Source: a virus
Length of the DNA: 64,000 bases
Strand: one strand, 5' to 3'
Virus record (IMG/VR): IMGVR_UViG_3300037424_000479
The translations under genes were made by a program, and so were the position numbers. Each line of letters starts with the position of its first letter. Within the stretch, counting starts at the first letter, position 1. The notes beneath the pieces are model-generated. The model did not search any database and was not told the DNA's origin. It was given only the letters and a program-made list of their open reading frames with translations. Positions 36,301 through 46,932 of the stretch are shown one piece after another.

Positions 36301-36690
36301 ATGAAGATTTCAACCCTAAGCGCTTCTCGCAATCGTGTTTTTATTCCTTCTTTTTGTAACAACAAGGATGCCCCTGTAGGAGACCAGATCAAGGTTCACT
36401 ATAAGGCCCCTACTATTGCTATGAAAGAGAAGCTGTTCCCTCGTCAGATTGATATTATAAATGAAAAGCCCCAGATAAGTATACTTATTAAGCGTGATCA
36501 GGTCATAAAGGAAATGGTCACGAGTATTGAGAATCTTACTTATTCTGATGATGCTGTGGGTGACGAAGATATTAAGGTAGCTACGGTAGATCAGCTTTTT
36601 AAAGCTCCTATAGAGTTTGAGGAGCTGGTAGAAGAGATATATGTGTTTCTGAACGAATGTATAAATACTAGGGTTAGCGAAAAAAACTAA
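36301..36690 (+). CDS. Tail assembly chaperone (gpG-like)
   Basis: Between tail tube and tape measure genes; ends in slippery A AAA AAC. Confidence 0.8.
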   Translation: MKISTLSASRNRVFIPSFCNNKDAPVGDQIKVHYKAPTIAMKEKLFPRQIDIINEKPQISILIKRDQVIKEMVTSIENLTYSDDAVGDEDIKVATVDQLFKAPIEFEELVEEIYVFLNECINTRVSEKN

Positions 36691-37049
36691 GAATTGCGTA
36701 TCGCCTCCTGGCGGGCGGTACGCAAGTGAACGCTCCTTATCGTAAAGAGAAGGGCAATGTCCCGATATTAGCTAAAAAAATAAATGATGAAACAGTAATC
36801 GTAGTAAGAAAAGATGTAAAAAAGTACGTAGACGATCCAGATTTTCTTATGGCTCTACAGTTATATAATATAACAAAAATGTGGGGCCTACCAAACGGAG
36901 CTGAGGGCTGGGTAAACGAACCCTGTGACTTCATAGACGCCATAACCGCCATTGAGTTGGAGGCAAAGCAGATAGAGCAGGAGGCTACACCCACACATGC
37001 CAATAACCCAAGAGAAAGCGGTATTAAAGGTAGTAGTCGAAGGAAGTGA
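36681..37049 (+). CDS. Tail assembly chaperone -1 frameshift extension (gpGT-like)
   Basis: -1 frame is open from the slippery site: KKLRIAYRLLAGGTQVNAPY...; WGLPNG..GWVNEP. Confidence 0.75.
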   Translation, partial: KKLRIAYRLLAGGTQVNAPYRKEKGNVPILAKKINDETVIVVRKDVKKYVDDPDFLMALQLYNITKMWGLPNGAEGWVNEPCDFIDAITAIELEAKQIEQEATPTHANNPRESGIKGSSRRK

Positions 37050-40000
37050 TCAGGCTGTTCGCCTTCTTCGCTCATTTGGACTAGCCGCCGAAAAAGAGAC
37101 TGGAAAAGCTGGGAATGCCTCCGTGAAGAATCTAGCACGGATGGCATCCCAGTTTATAGGTCTCGCCGCAGGAATACGGACCGCTTATAAAACAATAACC
37201 TCTGGTGTAGACTTCAACAAATTCATTGAAGAGCAGACTACTGCCTTCACTGTAATGTTGAAGTCTGCTGATGCCGCTAAAAATAAGATAGCTGAACTAT
37301 ATGATTTTGCGGTTAAATCCCCCCTTACATTTAAAGAAACTGTATCGGGGTCTAAGCAGTTGCTTGCTTACGGCTTCGCCGCTGAAGAGCTTGTACCCAC
37401 TATGAAAACCCTTGGTACTGTAGCAAAGGCTACCGGCCATTCTCTTGATGATATCTCCTACGTGTACGGTACGCTCAGGGCACAGGGTAGAGCATACACC
37501 CGTGACTTAATGCAGTTCGGTATGCGTGGTATTCCTATATATGAAGAATTAGCCGCTGTAATGGGTGTAAACCAAGAAGAATTAAAGAAGATGACAGAGC
37601 AGGGTAAAGTAGGATTTAGGGAAGTAGAAGAAGCATTTAAGAATATGACATCTGAAGGCGGGCGTTTTGCCGGTCTAATGGATCAGTATATGAAAACGCT
37701 GAGTGGTAGACTAAGTATGCTTACCGACATTGCACAGCAAGCCTCTGGTGCTTTATCTAAAGGTATATTTGATGCTCTATCTGATAACATTCCTGCCATT
37801 ATGGATGCTCTTGATGGTAGTAGGGATACCTTACGGGTATTTGGGGAAGAGCTGGGGGTTATAGCGGGGGCACTCGTCAACCTCGTAGCTACTCTGATAA
37901 AAATGCTTCCTCTTATTATTACTATAGGAAAAATAGTTCTTGCAGGGGCCTTTCTTAAATTTATATTATCCCTGCCCGCATTACTAGCTACTGCTACGGC
38001 GGCTGTTGGTGCGTTTACATCCTCACTTGCATGGATGCAAGTGACCATGATGTCCACGTCTATCGCAAGCGGTGTGTCTTCTATGGTGTCTTCCATAGGA
38101 ACGCTCACCAGAGCACTTATAGCATTTGCCGCTAACCCAGCTGTATTGGCTATACTTGCAATAGGGGCGGCTATCGGGGTGGCGTCCTCTTTGGCGGCTA
38201 AAGAATCAACCCGGCGCAAAGACCTAATGGAGAGCGACCCTGGTGCTCTTCTAAGGGAAGATGTATATCGTTCTCAGTTAATCGGGCAATACTCTGGTGG
38301 ACAGGGTGATGTACCTGTGGCTATACCCAAGGGTGTGTCCGATATAAAAAAGATAGCCGAACAATATAAAGTATCTATAACAGAGGCCGCCACTATATTG
38401 AAGGATATGGGACACATATCTGCCTCTACCCTGCGACAAGTACAGGATAGTATGGATGCGTCCGAGTTGAAGAGAGAGATGTCTGACCTCCGTAAGAAAA
38501 AAGATCGTTGGGAGATAGAGGCTGAATGGCTTGCTACATTTGCTCAGGGAGACAAGGGTAAAAAAGAAAGGTATCTAGGTGTAAATGAATCGTATGGGGG
38601 AAGAGCGGCTATTGACTATATAGCTTTATTTGAAAAAGACCGTACAGCTATGAAAGAGGCTTTGGGGTCTGTCTTCAGTAAAGATGATCTAAAAGATAGT
38701 CTAAAAGAAGAGGCAGGGGAGCTAAGACAGAAACTTATAGAAGGGGCGGAAGTTCTTGATTACACTGATCCTACCGTAACATTTGATGATAAACTTCGTG
38801 CCCGTTTAAAAGAAATCGATATCTTATTAGAGGGGCTTTCTAGTGGGGCGGCTGAAAGTGTTAAAAAGGTAGTTAAGGATATATGGTATGTCCGGGAACA
38901 GCAAGTTAAGGCCACCGACAGTCAATTAGATGATCTTGAATTGGCTAGGGACAAAGAACTGGCTGTTGCTCAAAGTAAATATGCACAAGAAGAAATTTCA
39001 TATATGGCTCACTGGAAAGCCGTGCAAGCGATAGATATAAAGTATATGAAAGATATCGAGAAAGAACGCAAGAGCGTCATGGAGAAGATGCGAACCACCA
39101 TAATTGAGGCGTATAATACCATGTTGGAGGGAAGTTCTACTTTCTTCGATAACTTGAAGATTATTGTGGCATCTCTGTATAAGTCACGAATTCCTGGTAC
39201 AGAGGGCGCGGCGGCAGGATACCAAGCGCTCTCAGCTACACAAGGAACGGATACAGGAGCATTGCTAACTGGTGGTGATCCTATGGCCATGTTTATACAA
39301 AAGATGCTAGAGATGATAGTAGCTATCGAGAATGTAAATAAAGTACTGAACTTTATAGGCACCATAGTAGATGCGTCGGGGCTAATTCTTATCCCCCTAA
39401 TAAATTCGGGGTTCTCTGGGTTGGCTTCTGCCTTGGAAGAGATAGGTGTGGTTGTGGGGCAGATACTGGCTCCAATATTCAATACGCTTGGGGTCATTCT
39501 TCAGTTTACGGCTGGTATCTTAAAGACTACACTTATCCCCATTCTTCAGTTAGTTGGGGGTGCTTTTGCCTGGCTCAATGATTATGTAATTGTCCCCTTT
39601 GGTAACGGGGTTATAGACGTATTGAATGTGTTAATTAGAGGTATAAATGCGATATTCGGGACACATATTCAAATACTGGAACATCTAAAGACTACTGCCG
39701 AAGCGTTTGCTCTGTCTATGGAGACTGCTACAGACAGTCTTGGGGCCACTATAAGTTATCTGGAAGCTAAACTAAATAAGCTCATAGATGCTCAAGTAAA
39801 GTCGGCGCAAGAGTATCTTGAAGTGGGTGCAATCTCGGTAGATGAGTATCAGAGGCTAATAGACCAAGCTAATGCGATGCGCCCTAATGAAGATGAGCTT
39901 GTTTCAATAGCAGATAAGCAGTTGACTACTTTACAAGAGATATACGATCGGTTACAGGAGTTATATGCACAAGAGAAAGAAGGCGATAATGCTCTGGTCA

Positions 40001-40212
40001 CTTACGATCCCTACTCCTCTATAAGAGACCTTGGTGATCTCTATCCTGCCGGAGGGGGGGAGGTTATTGATTTTGGTAAAATCACCCCTAAGGCGGGTAT
40101 GAGTCTAAATATATATGTAGCTGGCTCAGTTACTAGTGAACGTGACCTGGCTAAAACAATAAGTGATCAAATATATATCAACAAGGCACGGGGTTTGACC
40201 CCTGCTAGATAA
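36997..40212 (+). CDS. Tape measure protein
   Basis: 1071 aa, helical; FAVKSPLT, YGTLRAQGR, QFGMRGIPIYEELA tape-measure N-terminal domain. Confidence 0.95.
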   Translation: MPITQEKAVLKVVVEGSDQAVRLLRSFGLAAEKETGKAGNASVKNLARMASQFIGLAAGIRTAYKTITSGVDFNKFIEEQTTAFTVMLKSADAAKNKIAELYDFAVKSPLTFKETVSGSKQLLAYGFAAEELVPTMKTLGTVAKATGHSLDDISYVYGTLRAQGRAYTRDLMQFGMRGIPIYEELAAVMGVNQEELKKMTEQGKVGFREVEEAFKNMTSEGGRFAGLMDQYMKTLSGRLSMLTDIAQQASGALSKGIFDALSDNIPAIMDALDGSRDTLRVFGEELGVIAGALVNLVATLIKMLPLIITIGKIVLAGAFLKFILSLPALLATATAAVGAFTSSLAWMQVTMMSTSIASGVSSMVSSIGTLTRALIAFAANPAVLAILAIGAAIGVASSLAAKESTRRKDLMESDPGALLREDVYRSQLIGQYSGGQGDVPVAIPKGVSDIKKIAEQYKVSITEAATILKDMGHISASTLRQVQDSMDASELKREMSDLRKKKDRWEIEAEWLATFAQGDKGKKERYLGVNESYGGRAAIDYIALFEKDRTAMKEALGSVFSKDDLKDSLKEEAGELRQKLIEGAEVLDYTDPTVTFDDKLRARLKEIDILLEGLSSGAAESVKKVVKDIWYVREQQVKATDSQLDDLELARDKELAVAQSKYAQEEISYMAHWKAVQAIDIKYMKDIEKERKSVMEKMRTTIIEAYNTMLEGSSTFFDNLKIIVASLYKSRIPGTEGAAAGYQALSATQGTDTGALLTGGDPMAMFIQKMLEMIVAIENVNKVLNFIGTIVDASGLILIPLINSGFSGLASALEEIGVVVGQILAPIFNTLGVILQFTAGILKTTLIPILQLVGGAFAWLNDYVIVPFGNGVIDVLNVLIRGINAIFGTHIQILEHLKTTAEAFALSMETATDSLGATISYLEAKLNKLIDAQVKSAQEYLEVGAISVDEYQRLIDQANAMRPNEDELVSIADKQLTTLQEIYDRLQELYAQEKEGDNALVTYDPYSSIRDLGDLYPAGGGEVIDFGKITPKAGMSLNIYVAGSVTSERDLAKTISDQIYINKARGLTPAR

Positions 40213-40223
40213 GGAGCAATACT

Positions 40224-42551
40224 ATGACTGATATAAGGATAAGTGAGCTTCCTGCTGTTAGTTCTGCGGGGGGTGTGGATGTACTCCCTGTTGTTCAATC
40301 AGGGGTCACTAAAAAGGCATCTGTTACTCAGATTAACCAGGTGCTTAAAGATGAATTAACGCCTCTTATTAATGCGAAAGCTCCTTTGGAGTCTCCTGCT
40401 TTGACGGGCAACCCTACTGCTCCTACTCCTACTCTTGGGGATAATGATACTTCTATAGCTACGACCGCTTTCGTTAATGCAGAGATTGCGGCGGATACTG
40501 CTCATCTTGCGCCCCTTGCATCCCCCGCCTTAACTGGTACACCGACAGCCCCTACAGCGGCTGTAAATACCAGTACTACTCAGATAGCTACGACCGCTTT
40601 TGTTAACGCTGAAGTAGCGAATGATACTGCTTATCTTGCTGATTTTCGTTCTTATGTATCTTCTCGTACCTACGCTTACAATGACCCTGTATTTTATTTA
40701 GGTGTTCCGTATCGTTCCCTTTCATCAGGAAATACAGGGAATACCCCCGATACCTCTCCTACTTATTGGGAAGTTACGGGGGGTGGCTCTGGTGCAGTTA
40801 ACCCTGGTATCAATTATAAGAATGGACAGATGGATAGTTCTGTTAATGGTTATGTCTCGTATAAAAATGCCGCTCAAGTTACCCCTGTTAATGGTACAGG
40901 TGGATCGCCAGGGATAACCTTCGCTTACTCTGCAATAGCTCCTATTGTTGGTACAGGTTCTGGTGTGCTTACTAAAGATACTGCGAATCGTCAAGGAGAG
41001 GGTGTATCTTATGACTTCACCGTTGATCCTGGCATGCGAAATCAGCCTCTTAAAATAACTTTTAATTACCTGGCCTCTTCTAGTTATGTTGATGGAGATA
41101 TTGGTGTGTATCTATATGACATCACCAACGCCACGGTTCTATCTCCCTCTATTGTGGGCGTTCCTGCTTCTGGTACATCACCTGGAAAATTTGAATGCTC
41201 AACTTGGTTGAATAATAACAGCGGAAGTTACCGACTCATATTCCATATACAGAGTACGTCTGTATTAGCATATACATTCAAAGTGGATAACATACAAATA
41301 CAGCCACTTATTCCTTCTCTTGGTGCCGTCATAAGTGAGTGGCAAAGTTATACTCCCGCTGTTTTTTCTGGAAATGGTTTTACACTTACTCGTGCTGAAT
41401 ATCGTAGGGTTGGTTCCTCGATAGAACTTCGTGGTCTGCTTACATATGGCAGTCCTATAACTGGTTCTCCGGCAATAGGGCTTCCTGCCGGTCTATATGT
41501 AGTTTCTAGCTTAAATAATGAAGCTATTGCGATGGGTACGGCAATTGCACTCGATTTCGGGAGCAATTATTTTGGAAACATTGATTTACGAATACCTTCT
41601 GGTGGTAACTATTTTAGCTTTATAGGAGTATCCTCAACAGTTCCTCATACATGGGCAGTCAATGATACTATTACCTATACTGCTTCTGTCCCCATCGCTC
41701 AATGGTCTGCTAACACTAATTTGGTGGAAGACTTTACGGAGTATGCGAGCTATGATCAGAGCACTGCAATAGCTCCAACAGGGACTGTTAGTGGTGTATA
41801 TGAAGAAGGAATTAATGGCTCATTATTTCCGAATATAACAGCACCTATTTTGGGTGCAGGGTACACATCAATTCCGTTTAGATGGAAGCGCCCTTATCAA
41901 ATAGGAGATTTAGTTCTATTTGAGGAATCTCCTGATAACGGAGCTACTTGGAGAGCGGTAACTAACTATCTTGTGGATGTTGCAGGATCAGCATATTATG
42001 GGCTTTTCCTGGTAGTTAATCCTGGAACTTCTAATGGTTCTGTTAGATTTAATTATGCTGGGCGTAAAGATGCAGGGGTGGGACTCCCATCCTCTTTCGG
42101 TGGTGTAGGCTCCCCATGGGACTCATTACGTTCTATATCATTCAGATGGCGCGTCCGCAAAATCTCAAACGGTAATACTGCTGAAGTACCCCCTGTTGTT
42201 AGAGCGGAGTACACTGGTGGATCGTCTGCGGCAGGAACTATAATAAACTATGTTACAAAAGTAGAAGATACTCATAATGCTGTAACGCCTGGGGTTGGTA
42301 CCTGGAAATTTACCGCTCCTATTTCTGGGATATATTCTGTTGAAGGTATGCTATATGCTTCTGTTGCTGAAAATCTTTTTCTAATAAAGAATGGGGTAAC
42401 TTTTAGAAACCTAAAGTTTGGTGGAGTACAGATGGTTGACTATAGTGTTTCAGTAAGACTATTAGCTGGTGATTATATAGGTATTACTAGTAATTCTATG
42501 TCAACAAACATAGCTGATCCTTGGATAGTTATAACCCGCATCGGTGGCTAA
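40224..42551 (+). CDS. Tail fibre / receptor-binding protein
   Basis: Two 43-aa APLxSPALTGxPTAPT fibre repeats; CBM5/12-like YSRTY...TYWEV; C-terminal C1q-like FTAPISGIY. Confidence 0.8.
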   Translation: MTDIRISELPAVSSAGGVDVLPVVQSGVTKKASVTQINQVLKDELTPLINAKAPLESPALTGNPTAPTPTLGDNDTSIATTAFVNAEIAADTAHLAPLASPALTGTPTAPTAAVNTSTTQIATTAFVNAEVANDTAYLADFRSYVSSRTYAYNDPVFYLGVPYRSLSSGNTGNTPDTSPTYWEVTGGGSGAVNPGINYKNGQMDSSVNGYVSYKNAAQVTPVNGTGGSPGITFAYSAIAPIVGTGSGVLTKDTANRQGEGVSYDFTVDPGMRNQPLKITFNYLASSSYVDGDIGVYLYDITNATVLSPSIVGVPASGTSPGKFECSTWLNNNSGSYRLIFHIQSTSVLAYTFKVDNIQIQPLIPSLGAVISEWQSYTPAVFSGNGFTLTRAEYRRVGSSIELRGLLTYGSPITGSPAIGLPAGLYVVSSLNNEAIAMGTAIALDFGSNYFGNIDLRIPSGGNYFSFIGVSSTVPHTWAVNDTITYTASVPIAQWSANTNLVEDFTEYASYDQSTAIAPTGTVSGVYEEGINGSLFPNITAPILGAGYTSIPFRWKRPYQIGDLVLFEESPDNGATWRAVTNYLVDVAGSAYYGLFLVVNPGTSNGSVRFNYAGRKDAGVGLPSSFGGVGSPWDSLRSISFRWRVRKISNGNTAEVPPVVRAEYTGGSSAAGTIINYVTKVEDTHNAVTPGVGTWKFTAPISGIYSVEGMLYASVAENLFLIKNGVTFRNLKFGGVQMVDYSVSVRLLAGDYIGITSNSMSTNIADPWIVITRIGG

Positions 42552-42559
42552 GTATATAA

Positions 42560-42582
42560 GGGCATTCGTAAGGGTGCCTTTT
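42560..42582 (+). terminator. Terminator
   Basis: GGCATTC-GTAA-GGGTGCC plus TTTT. Confidence 0.6.
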
Positions 42583-42668
42583 AACTATAATAATGGCTTC
42601 AATAGGAGGCAAATAAAATTAGAACTGTGATATATATAACCCATATAAAATCTTAAAAGGAGTACAAA

Positions 42669-43091
42669 ATGGCAGACGATACTGAGATTCGCACCAGGGT
42701 ATACGACACAGAAAAGAATCTTGCTAAGTTATGGACATTCGTCTATGAACTTGCGTCTGTCGTGTGGGGGGATAATACACGAAGGGATAATGGCATTCGT
42801 TCCCGCGTCATAGCTTTAGAGGCCCGTGCTAAAGAAGCTGAAGATGATAGAGACTCCCTTCGTAGAGAGCTTCGTCACTATTTAGACGTAAGTAGAGAAG
42901 AAACGTGTCATGGATTAAAGGCGCTTGCTGAAAGAGAGCAATCCGCCGAAAATGCTGTAAAGGAGGAGATTCCAGTGAAAATAGAAACCATCAAAGCGAA
43001 TAGTGCACAGAAAACACAAATTATTATCTTAGTAGGTGTAATTGTATCTGCCCTTCTAAATACGTTAGGGCTATTAATGAGGGTGTCCTAA
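42669..43091 (+). CDS. Coiled-coil protein with C-terminal TM, holin-like
   Basis: Single C-terminal TM; directly upstream of the peptidase. Confidence 0.5.
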   Translation: MADDTEIRTRVYDTEKNLAKLWTFVYELASVVWGDNTRRDNGIRSRVIALEARAKEAEDDRDSLRRELRHYLDVSREETCHGLKALAEREQSAENAVKEEIPVKIETIKANSAQKTQIIILVGVIVSALLNTLGLLMRVS

Positions 43092-43552
43092 TGATATATA
43101 CCGCACGTTTAGCTCATTTAGAACAGCCTCCCAAATACTCTGTCGGTACTATTATCAAACGAGGGGATGTTGTGGGGCGTATGGGAGATTCGGGTGCCGC
43201 TGATGGGGCACATCTACATCTCGATGTTGTGCGTGGTATGCAGACAGGTAGATATACGCTGGGAGATTTGGCACTGGGAAAACCTGAAGCCGATGCTAAA
43301 CAGGCCACTCTATTTATAGATGATGAACTGTTTGGTGTCCTGCCTCTCATTACTACCTATTATGCCGATCCCCGTTATTATAAAAAGTACGCTAAATTTC
43401 ATTATGGATACGATGTTGTTCCAGAAGATCGCTTATATAGTCAGAAACATTTCGATATTCATTGGAATCGTAGTATGCCTGGTAGAGTTACAAAGGTGTA
43501 TATAAATGATCCCGGATACGGAAACTGTATCCAGATTGCGTTTGAAATATGA
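43091..43552 (+). CDS. M23-family peptidase (endolysin), circularly permuted
   Basis: GDVVGRMGDSGAADGAHLH at N-terminus; HYGYD and GYGNCIQI at C-terminus. Confidence 0.85.
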   Translation: MIYTARLAHLEQPPKYSVGTIIKRGDVVGRMGDSGAADGAHLHLDVVRGMQTGRYTLGDLALGKPEADAKQATLFIDDELFGVLPLITTYYADPRYYKKYAKFHYGYDVVPEDRLYSQKHFDIHWNRSMPGRVTKVYINDPGYGNCIQIAFEI

Positions 43553-44139
43553 GTTTGCTTGATTTATTTCATAAGGCATGTAACAGCGCTGATAAAACAG
43601 CGGGCAATGAAACGCAATATGCTATAACAGAGGATACTTGTAACGTATACCTCGCTATACAAGGTTCAGTTGAATTTGAGGATTGGATATATAATTTTGA
43701 TTTTATAGCTAAACCATATAGAAATATGGGAGATGTGTGGTATACACATAGAGGCTTTGCTAATTGTTGGAAACTAGCTAGGGATCAGATTGTACAAGAG
43801 GTGCTTGACACATTAGGCAATAAAAGGTTAGTAATATTGGGGTATAGTCATGGAGCGGCAATAGCTCTATTAGCCCATGAGTATTTTGTTTATAATGGTT
43901 ATTCCCCTGAGACATATTGCTTCGGTTGCCCCCGTGTATTGTGGATACCTAATAAACGCATACTGTCTCGATTCACTAATGTGCATCTTATTTCACGGCG
44001 TGGGGATCTAGTTACTAAAGTGCCTTTTGCCTGGATGGGATTTAGACATCCAGTAAAGCAAACTTTATTCGGTTCTTCAGCTTTAACATGGTGGCGTCGC
44101 CATCTCATACCAGAATACATAGAAGCATTAGCAGAGTGA
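43549..44139 (+). CDS. Class 3 lipase (alpha/beta hydrolase)
   Basis: YLAIQGS..FEDW; HRGF; GYSHG nucleophile elbow; FGCPRV; DLVTKVP. Confidence 0.9.
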   Translation: MSLLDLFHKACNSADKTAGNETQYAITEDTCNVYLAIQGSVEFEDWIYNFDFIAKPYRNMGDVWYTHRGFANCWKLARDQIVQEVLDTLGNKRLVILGYSHGAAIALLAHEYFVYNGYSPETYCFGCPRVLWIPNKRILSRFTNVHLISRRGDLVTKVPFAWMGFRHPVKQTLFGSSALTWWRRHLIPEYIEALAE

Positions 44140-44146
44140 GGTACAC

Positions 44147-46801
44147 ATGGCACGAATGGTTTACATCGATTTTCAGGATGGAGTAGGTTTCCGAGAGATA
44201 TCCAATCTTGTTAAATTTGACACCTTAGAGATACGCCTTCGTGCCTGTGCCGATAACTGGCATTATGCTCAGAATGAAGCTTTCTTTGATATTATATACG
44301 ATCCCATTATCTATCCCCTACTGTGTCAGGCATCTAAAGAAACTATCATAAAGATAGTAGGGACAGGTGGTGCTAGGATAAATACTGAGGAGTTGAGAAG
44401 CATTCTTACTGAAGATGATCTTTATATAGCCACTGAAGAGGGAAATATAATCCCTATTTTCTATGGCAGGGTGCCCCCTACAAAGGCAAGATCGTTTAAT
44501 GGTATTATCGATAACACCATCTTTCATTGTGAGGCCCTAGATGAGTTGTCTCTACTGAAGGTAAAGACAGGAGACATATGTTTTCGTAATTATTATATAA
44601 TGAACCCCGCAGACAAAGCTCATTCTATTGTACATCAGTTAGCGTATATAGCAGGGTTGTCTGATTATCAAATAGATAACACTATATCTATTATGAATGT
44701 TATAACTGCATTAACTCCCCCTTCACCTGATGATCTAATCCTTGATGTGCTTGATACCCTCCTATTTGAACATGGATACACCCTTAATATGAGTATAGCA
44801 GGACAGCTTTCTCCCATTAAGTGGATGCGCCAGGGTGAAACATATCCTGATGAATTCAATGTTAACAACATAGTGAAGTCTGTTTCGATTGAAGATGCTT
44901 TAAAAACGTATGACGGTTCTGAAGTTATATATTATGAATTAGCTGAGGCTACTACATCCAGTGGTGATACTAATATGCTATTATATCAGGACTCCAATCT
45001 CCCATATGATAGCCGTGGTAACTTTGAGGGTTTCCCTGTCCCCGCTGGACTGCGTTATCCCCCCAATGCCGCTGTTATAGATGAAACCACTGGGGGGTTT
45101 CAAAAGGTATATCAAGATTATGATGACAGGGCTGTAAAATACTGGACAAACGAAGCCATTGTTAAAAAGTTAAATTATAATTACAAAGCGTTCGATTCAG
45201 ATTACTCCGCAATTATAGCTACATCCGATTGGTCTTTGGAATACAAGACCGATTCAGGAATTACTCTTGTGGGTACCCCTGTATATGAGAATAGGCGGGC
45301 AGAGATTGTATTCCTAAATAATACAGTAGACTCCTCTAAGAAGATATATTATATTTTTATATACGGTAAGGTTCTGTATAAATCTACAGAGCGCAAAGCT
45401 ATTGTAAATAACACAGGAGCGGCTGATGCTGAATTAGATTCGTATGTGAGCACGTATCTTTTTAATAAGGCTGACGCGGATGTGTTGGCTAAGGTTATGG
45501 CGGAACAGCATAAATCTAATGACACTTATTTTGTATTTGAGAGCGAACAGGGGGAGCCTGTTGGACAGCTAGTACGTATCGTATTCAATGATGCTTCTGT
45601 ATCCGACACCGTGGGGGTTGACGCTGTTGGTATAATTACCGAGCGATATTATGTAGAGGAAACACAGCTATACAAATATCGTGTAAAGCGTTATTCTACT
45701 GCGGCACTACCTGCTCTTACTAGTCAAGAAGTACACGTAATACCTAACGTACAAGCCAACATGGCCGCGTCTAATAGCTCACAATTAACCCCTGTAGTGG
45801 TTAACGAGTACGCCCCCAAGTACATGGGTAGGTATAATTCTGCACATCCTGCTGTTAGAAATAATGGGGATTGGTGGATGGTGTATGATACAGATGATAC
45901 CCCTATCCAGAGGGGTGTGTGGTATGATAACAATGGAGTTGCTACAAGGATAACTACTGCTTCATCCGCTCTTCTACAGGCCAAATTTGTAGAGGCTTTA
46001 ACTGATGTGGCATGGGCAGAGGCACAGGGAATTTATGGTGTTTCATCTAATTATGGGATAAATACGCTGTTCCAATCACTGGGGGCTGTTGTTGCCTTCT
46101 TTACAAGTGTGTTCGCTCAAGATATAACCGCTACAGGGTCTATAACGGGCTCTATATTAAGAACCTCAGATAAATACGCTCAGTTATCTAATGAAGCGGG
46201 AGATGAAGCAGGCTATAAAGGTGTACTTGTTTCCAGTACCCCTATAAACTCTACAAGCCCCACAGGCAGTATTGCACAACTTGTAAATCTATATAACTTA
46301 TTTGGGGCACGGGTGCCTTCATTAGTGTTCCAGAGTTTTCTAAGCGGGGTGGTACAATTAAGGGCGTATATAACTTTTAATATTGCGACACTTGTAATGA
46401 AGAATGCTTATTCAGGACTGTCTTGGACTTTGGACGGTAGAACAGCTACACTACGTAAGGTGGCAACTACATATAATAGTGATACTACCTCATTACTTAC
46501 AGCAGATTATATCTCTGGGAATCACTCAGGGAACAGACTTACTAATTCATTTAGAAGCCTGCATGGGTCTTATCAAGTCGGGGCGTTGTATAATCAAATG
46601 AGCAATGACATCCCTAATGTGGGAGATATGATTTTAGTAACGGGGGGGTATTATCTCGGAACCCTTTTTCTAACAGTATCCAGAGCGGAGCGACTGAGTT
46701 CTACGACAATACGTTTATATGTAGGCTTTATAGGGGGTGTCACTGCACATGATATTGCCGCCGCAGATACTACAGGGGCGCACTTTAGTCTAGCATGGTA
46801 A
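44147..46801 (+). CDS. Tail tip / hub protein with fibre-like C-terminus
   Basis: 884 aa, beta-rich; VHQLAYIAG, TLNMSIAGQL hub-like segments; PKYMG...GDWW repeat. Confidence 0.65.
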   Translation: MARMVYIDFQDGVGFREISNLVKFDTLEIRLRACADNWHYAQNEAFFDIIYDPIIYPLLCQASKETIIKIVGTGGARINTEELRSILTEDDLYIATEEGNIIPIFYGRVPPTKARSFNGIIDNTIFHCEALDELSLLKVKTGDICFRNYYIMNPADKAHSIVHQLAYIAGLSDYQIDNTISIMNVITALTPPSPDDLILDVLDTLLFEHGYTLNMSIAGQLSPIKWMRQGETYPDEFNVNNIVKSVSIEDALKTYDGSEVIYYELAEATTSSGDTNMLLYQDSNLPYDSRGNFEGFPVPAGLRYPPNAAVIDETTGGFQKVYQDYDDRAVKYWTNEAIVKKLNYNYKAFDSDYSAIIATSDWSLEYKTDSGITLVGTPVYENRRAEIVFLNNTVDSSKKIYYIFIYGKVLYKSTERKAIVNNTGAADAELDSYVSTYLFNKADADVLAKVMAEQHKSNDTYFVFESEQGEPVGQLVRIVFNDASVSDTVGVDAVGIITERYYVEETQLYKYRVKRYSTAALPALTSQEVHVIPNVQANMAASNSSQLTPVVVNEYAPKYMGRYNSAHPAVRNNGDWWMVYDTDDTPIQRGVWYDNNGVATRITTASSALLQAKFVEALTDVAWAEAQGIYGVSSNYGINTLFQSLGAVVAFFTSVFAQDITATGSITGSILRTSDKYAQLSNEAGDEAGYKGVLVSSTPINSTSPTGSIAQLVNLYNLFGARVPSLVFQSFLSGVVQLRAYITFNIATLVMKNAYSGLSWTLDGRTATLRKVATTYNSDTTSLLTADYISGNHSGNRLTNSFRSLHGSYQVGALYNQMSNDIPNVGDMILVTGGYYLGTLFLTVSRAERLSSTTIRLYVGFIGGVTAHDIAAADTTGAHFSLAW

Positions 46802-46842
46802 TTTTTATGTTACAGCACCATTCCTTCGGTGGCACAGATAAC

Positions 46843-46907
46843 AGGTACCCCTAGACAAAAATATAACATTATGTATAATAAAGGTACCTCTATATATGGG
46901 GTACCTT
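46843..46907 (+). promoter_or_regulatory. Promoter with GGTACC-based inverted repeats
   Basis: TAGACA-16-TATAAT; AGGTACCCC (46843) / GGGGTACCT (46898); hairpin 46881-46907. Confidence 0.55.
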
Positions 46908-46932
46908 ATTTTTTACATCAAAGAGGTGCTTA

